A DNA stretch of 64,000 bases from Candidatus Lindowbacteria bacterium RIFCSPLOWO2_12_FULL_62_27 (GCA_001784175.1 MFPR01000006.1:62001-126000), one strand, 5' to 3'; numbered from the stretch's first letter, positions 48,855 to 58,304 are shown. Notes: generated by a model from the sequence alone, not told the origin. Program-made: numbers and translations.

Positions 48855-49225
48855 TCGAGAAGTTCCCTGATTTTCTGAAACATGCGCGGGTCGTCGACCG
48901 CCTTGATGAAGAATCCGGCCGCTCCGAGTTTCACGGCCTGAGGCTCCAGTTCCGGGTCCCGGAGATTCGTGTAAATGAAGACCGGCACGTTTTGGATATG
49001 CGGCAGGTGAACCAGGCTCTGAATGAGTTCGAGCCCGCTCCAGCCCGGGATGCTGACGTCCAGAATGATCAGATCCGGCCGCGTCTGAATGGCCGCGCGG
49101 CGCCCCTCGACCGGATCGGTCCGCCCCTCCGCCTGGTAGCCGAGATGCGCGAGGCGGGCCGTTAGCACGTCGATGAGGTCCTCCTCGTCGTCGATGATCA
49201 AAATTCTCTTCGTTTCGCCGTCCAT
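48851..49225 (-). CDS. Single-domain response regulator
   Basis: ILIIDDE...PDLIILDV...YTN...FFIK. Confidence 0.85.
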   Translation of the reverse strand: MDGETKRILIIDDEEDLIDVLTARLAHLGYQAEGRTDPVEGRRAAIQTRPDLIILDVSIPGWSGLELIQSLVHLPHIQNVPVFIYTNLRDPELEPQAVKLGAAGFFIKAVDDPRMFQKIRELLD

Positions 49226-49236
49226 GCGTTTGATGC

Positions 49237-50577
49237 TTAGGGAACCGCCGCGCGCGACTTGAGGTAGGTGGCGAACGCGTCCTGAATGCTGCCGGCCGTC
49301 CGGCGGCGGCGCGCATTTTTGAAGGACCAGAATCCGTCGCCGCCCTCGGCCAGATAGTCGGGAACGGCGACTTGATAGTATTTGTCCGATTGAATGGGTT
49401 TTCCGTCCGCCAGCGTCGCCGTAAACTCCGGAATGCCCAGCTCGACATTTTTGACCTCGGCGGAGACGCCGGCCGCGTGGAGCCACCATCGCTCGTCCCG
49501 GCCGCGCGCGAGCGCCGCGAGGACGTCCACGCCTTTCATTTCCAGCGTGACGACACGGTTGGGAAACACCAGCACCCGGTCGACGAGGCTGCGGCGGATC
49601 GGGCCTCTCGGAATATTTCCGCGCAGGCAGAAGGCGTTCACCAGCCCGATGTCCGCATTCCCGGCGGTCCGGACGGCCTCCGCGACCATCGGTCCCAGCC
49701 GGTGGGTCGACCACGGCGCCGTCCACAGGAGATTCTCCGTCGCCTGCGCCAATACATCGCCTTCCGTCAGGTCGTCGTAAAACACCGCCAGCGCGAGCGA
49801 GGATTGATAGCTGAATTTCAGCAGGCCGCCCGTATCGAATGCGAGCAGCGTGTAACTGGCGTGTCCAGGACTTTTGACGTACATCCACCGGCCGCCGAAC
49901 GGGCTCACCGGGGAGTCTTCCTTGATCATCGCCGCAAGTCCGGGCAGCCGGAGGCTGTGGCCCTCCGCAGACACGGCCAGGTCGTCGCCGTCGATAGAAA
50001 CCGCGTGGGTCAGCTCCTCAGTGGATCCGAACATGGAATCGCTACGACTCGACGGCTCGAAAATCGACGCGAGGCGCTGCAGGAGCTTGTCCCGCCGCAG
50101 GCCTTTGGAATGGATCCAGCCGTCGGGATGGATCAGAAAAACGGAGGGAATGGCCCGGACGCCGTACTGGAGCGCAACCGGATCGTCCCAGCCCTTGCCG
50201 GAAAAAATCTGCCGGAAGGGCAGCTTGCGCTCTTGCACGAACCGCGAGAGCTGCGCGCGGTTGTCATCGAGGCTGACCGACAGAAATTCGATCGGATATT
50301 TCGAAAAGCGCGCGTGCGCCTCAAGCTGGTGCGGCAGTTCCGTCAGGCACGGCCCGCACCACGTCGCCCAAAAATCGAGCAGGACCCATTTCCCGCGATG
50401 GTCGGACAACCGGACGGTCCGGCCGTCGAGATCAACCGCCGCAAAGTCCGGCGCCGAATCGCCGACCGACAGGACGGCGCCGAGAAAGGCCTGGGCGTGC
50501 GATGGTCCGGCCCACGAGACTGCGGCGAGGATGGCCAACAGAAGGCGGATGGAGCGTCTCCCCGAATCCATGATCAT
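49237..50577 (-). CDS. TlpA-like redoxin fused to a 5'-nucleotidase C-terminal domain
   Basis: Signal peptide; DFWATWCGPC; C-terminal ADIGLVN...FPNRVV...Y.VAVPDYLAEGGDGF. Confidence 0.8.
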   Translation of the reverse strand: MIMDSGRRSIRLLLAILAAVSWAGPSHAQAFLGAVLSVGDSAPDFAAVDLDGRTVRLSDHRGKWVLLDFWATWCGPCLTELPHQLEAHARFSKYPIEFLSVSLDDNRAQLSRFVQERKLPFRQIFSGKGWDDPVALQYGVRAIPSVFLIHPDGWIHSKGLRRDKLLQRLASIFEPSSRSDSMFGSTEELTHAVSIDGDDLAVSAEGHSLRLPGLAAMIKEDSPVSPFGGRWMYVKSPGHASYTLLAFDTGGLLKFSYQSSLALAVFYDDLTEGDVLAQATENLLWTAPWSTHRLGPMVAEAVRTAGNADIGLVNAFCLRGNIPRGPIRRSLVDRVLVFPNRVVTLEMKGVDVLAALARGRDERWWLHAAGVSAEVKNVELGIPEFTATLADGKPIQSDKYYQVAVPDYLAEGGDGFWSFKNARRRRTAGSIQDAFATYLKSRAAVP

Positions 50578-50641
50578 TCACATATCAGCAGCCATGAGAA
50601 TGCGCAAGAATTGCGCTTCCCTGATGGAAATGATGGAATAA

Positions 50642-51982
50642 ATGCGAATGCACGGATCCTGGTTCTGGACGGAAACGGACGCACCGGTCCTCTGGTCTGG
50701 CTTGGAAAAAATCTCGAAACTTTGCGCCGGCGCCGTGACGATCTGGCTGGTCGCCACTCGGTTCACGCCGGAGGTGCAGGGTTATTTTTTCACCTTTTTC
50801 AGCCTGCTGGCCCTCCAGGTTTTTGTCGACCTGGGCGTGGCCGGCGTGGTGGTTCCGTTCGCCAGTCACGAATGGGCCGGCCTGGGGCTGGACGAGCGAC
50901 GCCGGATCGTCGGTGATCCTCAAGCGCTGTCGCGACTGGTGAGTTTTGGTCGGATGGTTTTCGGCTGGTTTTTGGCGGCGGGAGCGATCAGCGCGGCGGG
51001 ATTGGGCGTGTTCGGATACTTCTTTTTCTCCGCGCACGCCGAATCGGTAGTGGCCTGGCAGACCCCGTGGCTGATGTTCTGTGTTATTGGCGGCCTCAAT
51101 CTTTGCCTGTCGCCGGTTTGGACGCTCCTCGAAGGCTGCAACCAGGTGTCGGCGGCCTACTTCGCGCGGTTTCTCAGCAGCGTGCTTGGATCGGTCTTGC
51201 TGTGGTGGGCCATCCTCTCAGGCGCCGGCCTTTTTTCGGCGGCGATCCCATACGCTGTCTCCATTCTGGCCGGTCTCGGATTGGCGGTGGGGCGTTACCC
51301 CGCTTTCTTTCGCGCCTTTTGCGCGCCTCCGGCCGGCCGGCGGATGAGCTGGTCGGACGAGGTCTGGCCGATGCAGTGGCGGATCGGGTTAAGTTGGTTG
51401 AGCGGTTATTTCATCAACTGGTTTTTCACTCCGGTGCTCTTTCATTTCCACGGCGCGGCCGTCGCCGGGAGATTTGGGATGACATGGACGGCCGGCATGG
51501 CTATCTTTGGAATCGCAAGCTCGTGGCTGAACACCCGGGCGCCTCAGTTTGGAGTGTTGATCGCACAGCGCGATTTCAGCGCCCTCGATCACAGGTTCTT
51601 CCGGGCGGCCGGCATGTCTCTATGGGCGGTCCTGTCCGGTTCGGCATTGTTCGCCGTCCTGATCTACGTACTGGGCGCCGCCCGGCATCCTTTGGCCGAC
51701 CGGCTGCTGTCGCTGCGCCCGACCGTTCTTATGCTCCTGGCGATTATTCTGACGACGGTCTCTTACGCCCAGGCGGTCTATCTGAGGTGCCATAAACAAG
51801 AACCGGCCTTCTGGCTTTCCATCCTTCAGGGCATTTTTACCGGACTGTCCACATGGGTCCTGGGCAGCCGGTACGGGCCAACGGGCGTGGCCGCGGGCTA
51901 TTTGGCGGTCGTCGCGCTCCTGGTCATTCCGGCCGGCACGATCGTCTGGCTGAACAAACGGCGCGTCTGGCACACCCTTTGA
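50642..51982 (+). CDS. Wzx-like polysaccharide flippase
   Basis: About 12 TM segments; QGYFFTFFSLLALQVFVDLG and WPMQWRIGLSWLSGYF; next to glycosyltransferases. Confidence 0.75.
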   Translation: MRMHGSWFWTETDAPVLWSGLEKISKLCAGAVTIWLVATRFTPEVQGYFFTFFSLLALQVFVDLGVAGVVVPFASHEWAGLGLDERRRIVGDPQALSRLVSFGRMVFGWFLAAGAISAAGLGVFGYFFFSAHAESVVAWQTPWLMFCVIGGLNLCLSPVWTLLEGCNQVSAAYFARFLSSVLGSVLLWWAILSGAGLFSAAIPYAVSILAGLGLAVGRYPAFFRAFCAPPAGRRMSWSDEVWPMQWRIGLSWLSGYFINWFFTPVLFHFHGAAVAGRFGMTWTAGMAIFGIASSWLNTRAPQFGVLIAQRDFSALDHRFFRAAGMSLWAVLSGSALFAVLIYVLGAARHPLADRLLSLRPTVLMLLAIILTTVSYAQAVYLRCHKQEPAFWLSILQGIFTGLSTWVLGSRYGPTGVAAGYLAVVALLVIPAGTIVWLNKRRVWHTL

Positions 51983-52005
51983 CCTTGCGGCCGGGGAAAA
52001 TGATG

Positions 52006-53286
52006 TCAGGCCGGCGATAGCAGCGACGCATACTTGCGCAAAAACTCTTTTCCCACGCGAGCGCGGCCGCCATACGAGTAGTGCCCGGGGCGTAACAATG
52101 ACTTGAATCGCTCCTGAAGCCGCGCATCCTCATCTGTGTATTTCACAGCGCCCCGGACGGCATCGAGCATCTCCAGAGCCAAATCTTTAATATCCTCCGG
52201 GGAATTTTCCTCTACCATCAAGCCGGCGTCCGTGAACAAGGACGTGGCGCGGAAATCGCCGGTCGTCGAACCGAGAACTTCTCCGAAAGTCAAATATCGT
52301 TGCCGGTCACGTGACCACACCAGCTTCGGGATTCCCAGGTCTCCGGATCCCGTCGGAAGAATCACCGCCATCGGCGCCTGGTTCGCCACGGCCGAAGGGA
52401 CGCCAAACACACATGCCGCGCCGGACAGGCTGGAACTGCCCCCCAGGAAGAACTTGCAGCTTGCGCAGAGAAAAATATCCATCCAATCACTTTTGACGCT
52501 GAGATGCGCATAGTCAATCACATGCTCCATGGGCGGCAGGGGTTTCATCGTCGCGTCACCCATTCGAATGCACCATCCGCCTTTTTCCACAATCGCTTTC
52601 ATCGCGAGAATATAGTTATGGATGTCCGCATTACGATAGGTTTGGGCTTCGTTGGGCGCATAGCCGGACTCCCTGCAATGAACGGAAACGAACCAACCAT
52701 CCTCCGGCACACCCAACGTTCGCAAACAGTCCAACCCGCACTCGCGATCGGATTCCGACAAAGCCAAAAGAGGCGGCCTTTCAGCCCATGCTTTTTGCAC
52801 GGCGTAATAGTGTGCGGTGCTTCTGAGCGCAAGGAAATAGTGTCTGATGTCAATTTGCAGGATCGGACTCCAGGAAAGCGGCGCAAGCAAAGGATAGAGA
52901 AGCGGCGAGCTGATAATTCTCAGGTGCTGCCGCCAATACTGCAACAAATGCGGATTGGAAACTCTATTGGGCTTGACGAGCACGATCACAAAGGAATGGC
53001 GGGGCATACCCAATATCCCCTCCTTGACGTAACAATCCGGCTCGCAGACGAGATGACCGATGTGCTGGGCGGCGATCGGTAGAAATCTAATGCCGATGAG
53101 ATACAATAGGAATGACAATGGGCAGGTCAATATCACGACCATCAGTTGGAAAAGTCCGATACTCCCCCGCCGCAGGCACCAGCCAACCCCCTTTTCCCTC
53201 AGCTTGTCATGGTAAAAGCGAGGAGATAAATAACGTTGCCAGTCCTGCATGCGCGGCATTAAAGCATCAAAGACGCGGCGTATCAA
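52006..53286 (-). CDS. TIGR04372-like putative glycosyltransferase
   Basis: HIGHL..E, VSVHCRE, YRNADI, CIRMGD, DIFLCASCKFFLG, ENSPEDI. Confidence 0.8.
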   Translation of the reverse strand: MIRRVFDALMPRMQDWQRYLSPRFYHDKLREKGVGWCLRRGSIGLFQLMVVILTCPLSFLLYLIGIRFLPIAAQHIGHLVCEPDCYVKEGILGMPRHSFVIVLVKPNRVSNPHLLQYWRQHLRIISSPLLYPLLAPLSWSPILQIDIRHYFLALRSTAHYYAVQKAWAERPPLLALSESDRECGLDCLRTLGVPEDGWFVSVHCRESGYAPNEAQTYRNADIHNYILAMKAIVEKGGWCIRMGDATMKPLPPMEHVIDYAHLSVKSDWMDIFLCASCKFFLGGSSSLSGAACVFGVPSAVANQAPMAVILPTGSGDLGIPKLVWSRDRQRYLTFGEVLGSTTGDFRATSLFTDAGLMVEENSPEDIKDLALEMLDAVRGAVKYTDEDARLQERFKSLLRPGHYSYGGRARVGKEFLRKYASLLSPA

Positions 53287-53361
53287 CGCGAGTCAGGCAG
53301 GATCGGACGAAAAAGTCTTGACCTGCCGTACGTCTTCTTGTACGCGTATGGATGAGGGTAA

Positions 53362-55446
53362 ATGATGATTACACCACCGGGCCCGTCCGTTTCCGCCGTC
53401 GTCGTCACGTTGCGCGTAGAGCGGTTCATTGCAGATTGCCTGGAGTCGTTGCTCAAGCAGACGCATCCCGTGCGACAGATCGTTGTGGTCGACAACGGGT
53501 CGACGGACGAAACGTGCGCCATTGTCCGGCGCCGGTTTCCGCAGGTACGGCTGATCGAGCTTGGCCGCAACACCGGATTTTGCCACGCCAACAATGTCGG
53601 GTTGCGGGAAACCCAAACGGATTTTGTTCTGTTTGCGAATCCGGACACGATTCTTGAGCCGACGTATCTGCAGGAGGCCATGGCCGCGTTTGAACCCGAT
53701 CCGCGGACCGGCGCGGTGACGGGCAAGCTCCTGAGATTCGACCGGACGACGATTGATTCGGCCGGGCAGGTATTGACCCGAAGCCGGAAAATTCAGGATC
53801 GGGGATATGGCCAGAAGGATGTCGGGCAATTCAACGGGCGGGCGACGGTCGATTCCGTTTGCGGGGCGATGGCGCTGTACCGGCGCGAGATGATCGACGA
53901 GATATCGCTCGACGGCCAACTGTTCGACGAGGATTTTTTCGCATTCTGGGAAGACATGGACGTGGGCTGGAGGGCGAAGCGGGCAGGCTGGGAGGCGAGG
54001 TATGTTCCGACGGCGGTCGCCTACCATTTTCGTGGAGGAAGCCAGGAACGGCACACGGCCTGGACGAACCTGGTTCGAATGAGCGGTCGGTCGGTCGAGT
54101 CGAAATATCACATCGTCAAGAACCGCTGGCTGATGTTGATCAAGAATGAACGCGCGAAGGACTATCTGCTCCGTCTTCCGTTTATTTTGGCCCGGGATAT
54201 CGCCATGCTCGTGTATTTGCTGGTGTCCGCTCCGGCTGCTTTTATGCGACTGTTGCTTGAGCCCGGCATTTTTGTCAGGGCGTGGCAAAAACGGCGGAGA
54301 TTATTGATGAACCTTAAAACATCGATGGCCGACGTGTCTCAATCGCGCCCGAAGGCGATCTGCTTCGTGATCTCGAAACTGGGCGTGGGCGGCGCGGAAA
54401 AAAACCTCCTGCTGTTGACGGGCCGGCTGCCCAGGGACAGGTATGCGCCGGTCGTCCTCTCGCTGGACGGCGAGGGCGAATACGCGGCACGGCTGCGGGC
54501 GGCCGGCGTTCCGGTCTACGCGCTGGGGTTCCCGCGCCCGGCGTTTCTCTGGAGGCTGATCCGTTTTTTCTCACGATGCCCCTTCGATCTTTTTCATGGT
54601 TTCATGTTTCACGGGAATCTCGCGGCGCGCGTGTTTGCGAGGCTGTTGGGCAAGCCGAGCGTGAGCGCCGTGCGTGTGGCCGAGGGCGAGAAGCGCTGGC
54701 ATCTGTGGCTGGATCGATGGACAGCGCGCATGGTGGACCGATACACGGCGAACAGCGCGGCCCTGGCCGGATTCGTGACGGTCCGGCTGGGCGTGCCGGC
54801 CGGCCGGATCCGCGTCATTCCAAACGCGCTGGCGGAAGACGACCTTGAGGGCCTCCCGGACCGCGCACGCGCGCGGCGTGCGCTGGGCCTTCCGGAGGCG
54901 GGCCTCTTCGTGTCCATGGTGGGCCGGCTGCACTTTCAGAAGGACCCGGAAACGTTCGTCCGGGCGGCGCGTGTGATCGCGGCAGAAGTAGAGGGCGTGC
55001 AGTTCGGCATCGCGGGCATCGGCCCGCTGAAGGAACGCCTGGAGCGGATGATCGCCTCCGCAGGACTTGGCGGCCGGTTTCACCTGCTGGGCCTTGTGGA
55101 CGCGCGCGCCGTTTACGCCGCGTCGGACGTGTTCGTGCTGCCGTCGCGTTGGGAGGGATTCCCAAACGCCGCGATCGAAGCGATGGCCGCGGGCAGGCCC
55201 GTTGTCCTCGCCGACTTTGAAGGCGCGTCGGAAGTCGTGGATTACGGCGTCACCGGCATGGTCTTCCCGCGCGGGGACGACCGCGCGCTTTCCGAAGCGG
55301 TGGTAGGCCTGCTGAGAAACGAATCGGCGCGAACGCTGATGGGTCAGAAGGCGCAGGACTCGGCGCTCGCGAAATTCACGGTTGAGAGGTTGGTCAAAGA
55401 CAATATGGCGATTTATGATGAGCTCGTGGCACGGTGCCGGACATAG
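53362..55446 (+). CDS. GT2 + GT4 fusion glycosyltransferase
   Basis: VVDNGSTD, NPD and FWEDMD (GT2); GVGGAEK...PSRWEGFPNAAIEAMA (GT4). Confidence 0.9.
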   Translation: MMITPPGPSVSAVVVTLRVERFIADCLESLLKQTHPVRQIVVVDNGSTDETCAIVRRRFPQVRLIELGRNTGFCHANNVGLRETQTDFVLFANPDTILEPTYLQEAMAAFEPDPRTGAVTGKLLRFDRTTIDSAGQVLTRSRKIQDRGYGQKDVGQFNGRATVDSVCGAMALYRREMIDEISLDGQLFDEDFFAFWEDMDVGWRAKRAGWEARYVPTAVAYHFRGGSQERHTAWTNLVRMSGRSVESKYHIVKNRWLMLIKNERAKDYLLRLPFILARDIAMLVYLLVSAPAAFMRLLLEPGIFVRAWQKRRRLLMNLKTSMADVSQSRPKAICFVISKLGVGGAEKNLLLLTGRLPRDRYAPVVLSLDGEGEYAARLRAAGVPVYALGFPRPAFLWRLIRFFSRCPFDLFHGFMFHGNLAARVFARLLGKPSVSAVRVAEGEKRWHLWLDRWTARMVDRYTANSAALAGFVTVRLGVPAGRIRVIPNALAEDDLEGLPDRARARRALGLPEAGLFVSMVGRLHFQKDPETFVRAARVIAAEVEGVQFGIAGIGPLKERLERMIASAGLGGRFHLLGLVDARAVYAASDVFVLPSRWEGFPNAAIEAMAAGRPVVLADFEGASEVVDYGVTGMVFPRGDDRALSEAVVGLLRNESARTLMGQKAQDSALAKFTVERLVKDNMAIYDELVARCRT

Positions 55447-55542
55447 ACTTATAGACTTATTTTGGACCGGAATTTTCCTTGGACGACCCATATCTACCTG
55501 CATCATGGCCGCCAATAAGTCTATAAGTCTATGTGCGGCACC
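55433..55542. mobile_element. 110-bp MITE, internal-deletion derivative of the RAYT element
   Basis: Same TIRs; the interior ATTTTCCTTG|GACGACCCATAT joins the 3' and 5' ends of the transposase gene. Confidence 0.9.
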
Positions 55543-55588
55543 GGGCAGGGGATTGAGTTGATCATCCCACCCATGCTTACATCCCCTC

Positions 55589-57085
55589 ATGCACGCCGAC
55601 TCATCCGTCCCGCGCGTGAAGATATCGCTTTTCCTCGTGCTTGCCGTTTCCGCGTCCATGCTTCCGCTGAAACTGGCCGCAGCGGGATGTTATCCGTGGA
55701 GCCACGATTTTTACAGCGGCGACGCAAAACATGCGCGGGATGATTTCGACAGCGCGATTCGTCTGAATCCGAATGACCTGAACTCGCATTTCAATCTGGG
55801 CCGACTGTATATGTTACTTTGGCAGCACGGCAAGGCGGTACGGGAGTTCAGCGAGGCCATCCGGCTGGATTCCGGAAATCCGTGGTATTACACCTGCCGC
55901 GCCCTCTCGTATGCGGAAATCAAACAGTTCGACAAAAGTCTGGAAGATCGAAAGACGGCGCTTCGCCTCGATCCCAAGAAGGCCTGCCACCATGCGGGAA
56001 TGGCAATTACATACGCATATATGGACCGGCCGAAATGGGCGCTCGATGAATGTGAAAAAGCGTTGAAGATAGATTCGACGTGTGAGGATGCGTACAGGGC
56101 CAGGACCGCAGCGTATGGGGGGCTGTCGCAATATGAGAAGGCCGTCAAGACCATGTACGAGGCGATCCGCCTGCACCCCCAAAGCTTCCAAGTCTATCTG
56201 GAGATGGGCTATCTCCATTACGTGATGGAGAAATATGACAAAGCCGTTCGGTACTTCAGAGAGGCCATTCATCTGGATCCCCGGAATTCTTACGGACCTT
56301 ACTACCTGGGCCTGGCGCATGCGAAGCAGGGTTATTACGAACAAGCCATTGAGGATTATAGCGAGGCCATGCGAATCAACCCGATCTCGGCGGATTATCC
56401 ACAGGCGCGCGGGAAGGCTTACACGATGCTGTCGAAGTATCAAGAAGCCATTCGGGATTACAGTCTGGCCGTTGAACTGGACACCGGCAGGATCGGCGTC
56501 TATTACGATCGGGCGGCGGCGCACTATCGGATCGGCTATTACAGTGAAGCAGTATCAGATTACGAGGCGGCGTACGAACTCGAACCGGATAATGACAGTC
56601 TCAAAGAGAAGGTAAAGGGAGCCCAAAGCATCGTTGAAGAACGAGGCCCGCGGGGTCTGCCGCCGGATCAGTGGATATTTGACAGGGTTGACGGAGTGCC
56701 GGGACCCGGCGCGAAAAAAAAAGCCACGGCCTGCAACGACACAGGCATTCGATACTTCAAAGAGGGGAGGCTCGACAAAGCCCTGGATGAATTCGACGAG
56801 GCCATCCGTCTTTGGCCCCAAGCCGCATTCTATTTTAACAGGGGTTCGGTTCTTCTGAGGAAGAAGCTGTGGCTAAAGGCCATTGGCGACATGACCGATG
56901 CAATTAAGCTTGACCCCAAATTGACTTCCGCCTATTTCGGCCGGGGCGGCGCGTATTACTCGCTGGGCAAGTACAAAGAATCCTTGCAGGATTTCGACGA
57001 GGTTTTCCGGCTTGATCCAAAATTCGCAAATATCGACCGCTACCGGCAATCTGCCGAAGAAATGCTGAAAAAAAAGAAAAAGTAG
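55589..57085 (+). CDS. Exported TPR-repeat protein
   Basis: Signal-like N-terminus; more than 10 canonical TPR units (AIRLNP, AIRLDS, AIKLDP). Confidence 0.92.
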   Translation: MHADSSVPRVKISLFLVLAVSASMLPLKLAAAGCYPWSHDFYSGDAKHARDDFDSAIRLNPNDLNSHFNLGRLYMLLWQHGKAVREFSEAIRLDSGNPWYYTCRALSYAEIKQFDKSLEDRKTALRLDPKKACHHAGMAITYAYMDRPKWALDECEKALKIDSTCEDAYRARTAAYGGLSQYEKAVKTMYEAIRLHPQSFQVYLEMGYLHYVMEKYDKAVRYFREAIHLDPRNSYGPYYLGLAHAKQGYYEQAIEDYSEAMRINPISADYPQARGKAYTMLSKYQEAIRDYSLAVELDTGRIGVYYDRAAAHYRIGYYSEAVSDYEAAYELEPDNDSLKEKVKGAQSIVEERGPRGLPPDQWIFDRVDGVPGPGAKKKATACNDTGIRYFKEGRLDKALDEFDEAIRLWPQAAFYFNRGSVLLRKKLWLKAIGDMTDAIKLDPKLTSAYFGRGGAYYSLGKYKESLQDFDEVFRLDPKFANIDRYRQSAEEMLKKKKK

Positions 57086-57118
57086 GATGCTGGGTGCGGA
57101 TTCTTTCACTTTGGCGGT

Positions 57119-57202
57119 TTCCGGATAGACGCGCTTGAACTCCCCAAAATGACCGGCGACGAGTTTGTAGAACGGCGTCTCGGTCGCCCGGCGAGGCTTG
57201 TG
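57119..57202 (-). pseudogene. Possible N-terminal remnant of an IS91-like transposase
   Basis: HKPRRATETPFYKLVAGHFGEFKRVYPE resembles IS91-family N-termini; very short. Confidence 0.45.
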
Positions 57203-57225
57203 TGGGAATGGTGCCGTGTGGGAAT

Positions 57226-58188
57226 GGTGCCGCACATAGACTTATAGACTTATTGGCGACCAGTATTTTTCCTTGCCCATGCCCCGTGGGATCTAATGAC
57301 AATCATGGGGGTGCGATGGAAGCACTTGCCGATTTCTGTAGGTCCATATCCTTCTTCGTACATAAGTGACATCGCTGTGTGACGGAGCGTACTGATGGTC
57401 CGGTCACGCCTGGGACTGCACAATTCCTGTGGCGAGATCGTTGTTCCCAGAAGCACACGCTGGATGATCTCCTCCGGCGATTTCCTTCCCCGCCTCTCCT
57501 TAAATTTTTGCCCCTCGCGACCTTCACGGCGCCGCTCTATACCGTCCCATTGCTCTTGCGTGCCGATGTAGCCCGGTCCTTCCGGACATTCATAACTTTC
57601 CAGAGCGATGGCTGAACGAAACGCGTTGACACGACCGCGCCCATCAAAGCCCGGTGGATATTCCCAGCACTTCAGTCTGATCCAATCACATTTTTTCCCT
57701 TCAAACCAATACCAGGAACTCCATCTATAATCTGTCACGTTCTTGCAAATGCCCGCATCGGGGGCGTTTCGATGGACGTAACCGACAAGCGTGCGCAAAT
57801 ACGTTTCGTCCAAAACAATTTTACACCCCGGTCGCCCTTGAAACACGTGGCCATTTGTTTTCCGACGCTCATTGAATCGTTTCGCATATTTTGTATGCGC
57901 GGCGTGAAATATCCGGTCAAGCGAAACTTCTCCCTGACGAAGCAAGAGATGTGTGTGATTGGTCATAAGGGAAAAAGAGCCCAACGCACCGCCTCGGCGG
58001 TACAATTCATCATCGAAACACCGCAGGTAACGGACGCGATCATAGGGAGAAAAAAACAATGGCTGACCACGCTGGCCGCGAGCATAAACATGATACCAAT
58101 GGCCCGGTACAAACAGTCTCAACGGACGACCCATATCCTACTTCTATCATCGGCCCGCCAATAAGTCTATAAGTCTATGTCCGGCACC
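57226..58188 (-). mobile_element. 963-bp RAYT element with 33-bp terminal inverted repeats
   Basis: 57226-57258 and 58156-58188 are inverted copies (32/33) tightly enclosing the transposase. Confidence 0.9.
57250..58134 (-). CDS. REP-associated tyrosine transposase (Y1 HUH, RAYT) with C-terminal DnaA_C-like HTH
   Basis: MGRPLR...YHVYARG; LMTNHTHLL (HUH); GHVFQGR; YVHRN (catalytic Tyr); YRWSS; C-terminal RHTAMSL...TEIG..F.R. Confidence 0.9.
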   Translation of the reverse strand: MGRPLRLFVPGHWYHVYARGQRGQPLFFSPYDRVRYLRCFDDELYRRGGALGSFSLMTNHTHLLLRQGEVSLDRIFHAAHTKYAKRFNERRKTNGHVFQGRPGCKIVLDETYLRTLVGYVHRNAPDAGICKNVTDYRWSSWYWFEGKKCDWIRLKCWEYPPGFDGRGRVNAFRSAIALESYECPEGPGYIGTQEQWDGIERRREGREGQKFKERRGRKSPEEIIQRVLLGTTISPQELCSPRRDRTISTLRHTAMSLMYEEGYGPTEIGKCFHRTPMIVIRSHGAWARKNTGRQ

Positions 58189-58304
58189 GAATCTGACGCG
58201 GCACCGAATCTGACGGCGTACTTAAATATATAATGTATATATACAAGGACGGATATCAAACTGCACGAGAATAGTATAACAGCCTGTATTTAATTAAGTT
58301 AACA

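Noticed and set aside
57250-58134. IS200/IS605 element with TnpB/IscB RNA-guided nuclease
   Set aside because: No RuvC-type ORF is adjacent, and the TIRs leave no room for one or for a guide RNA.
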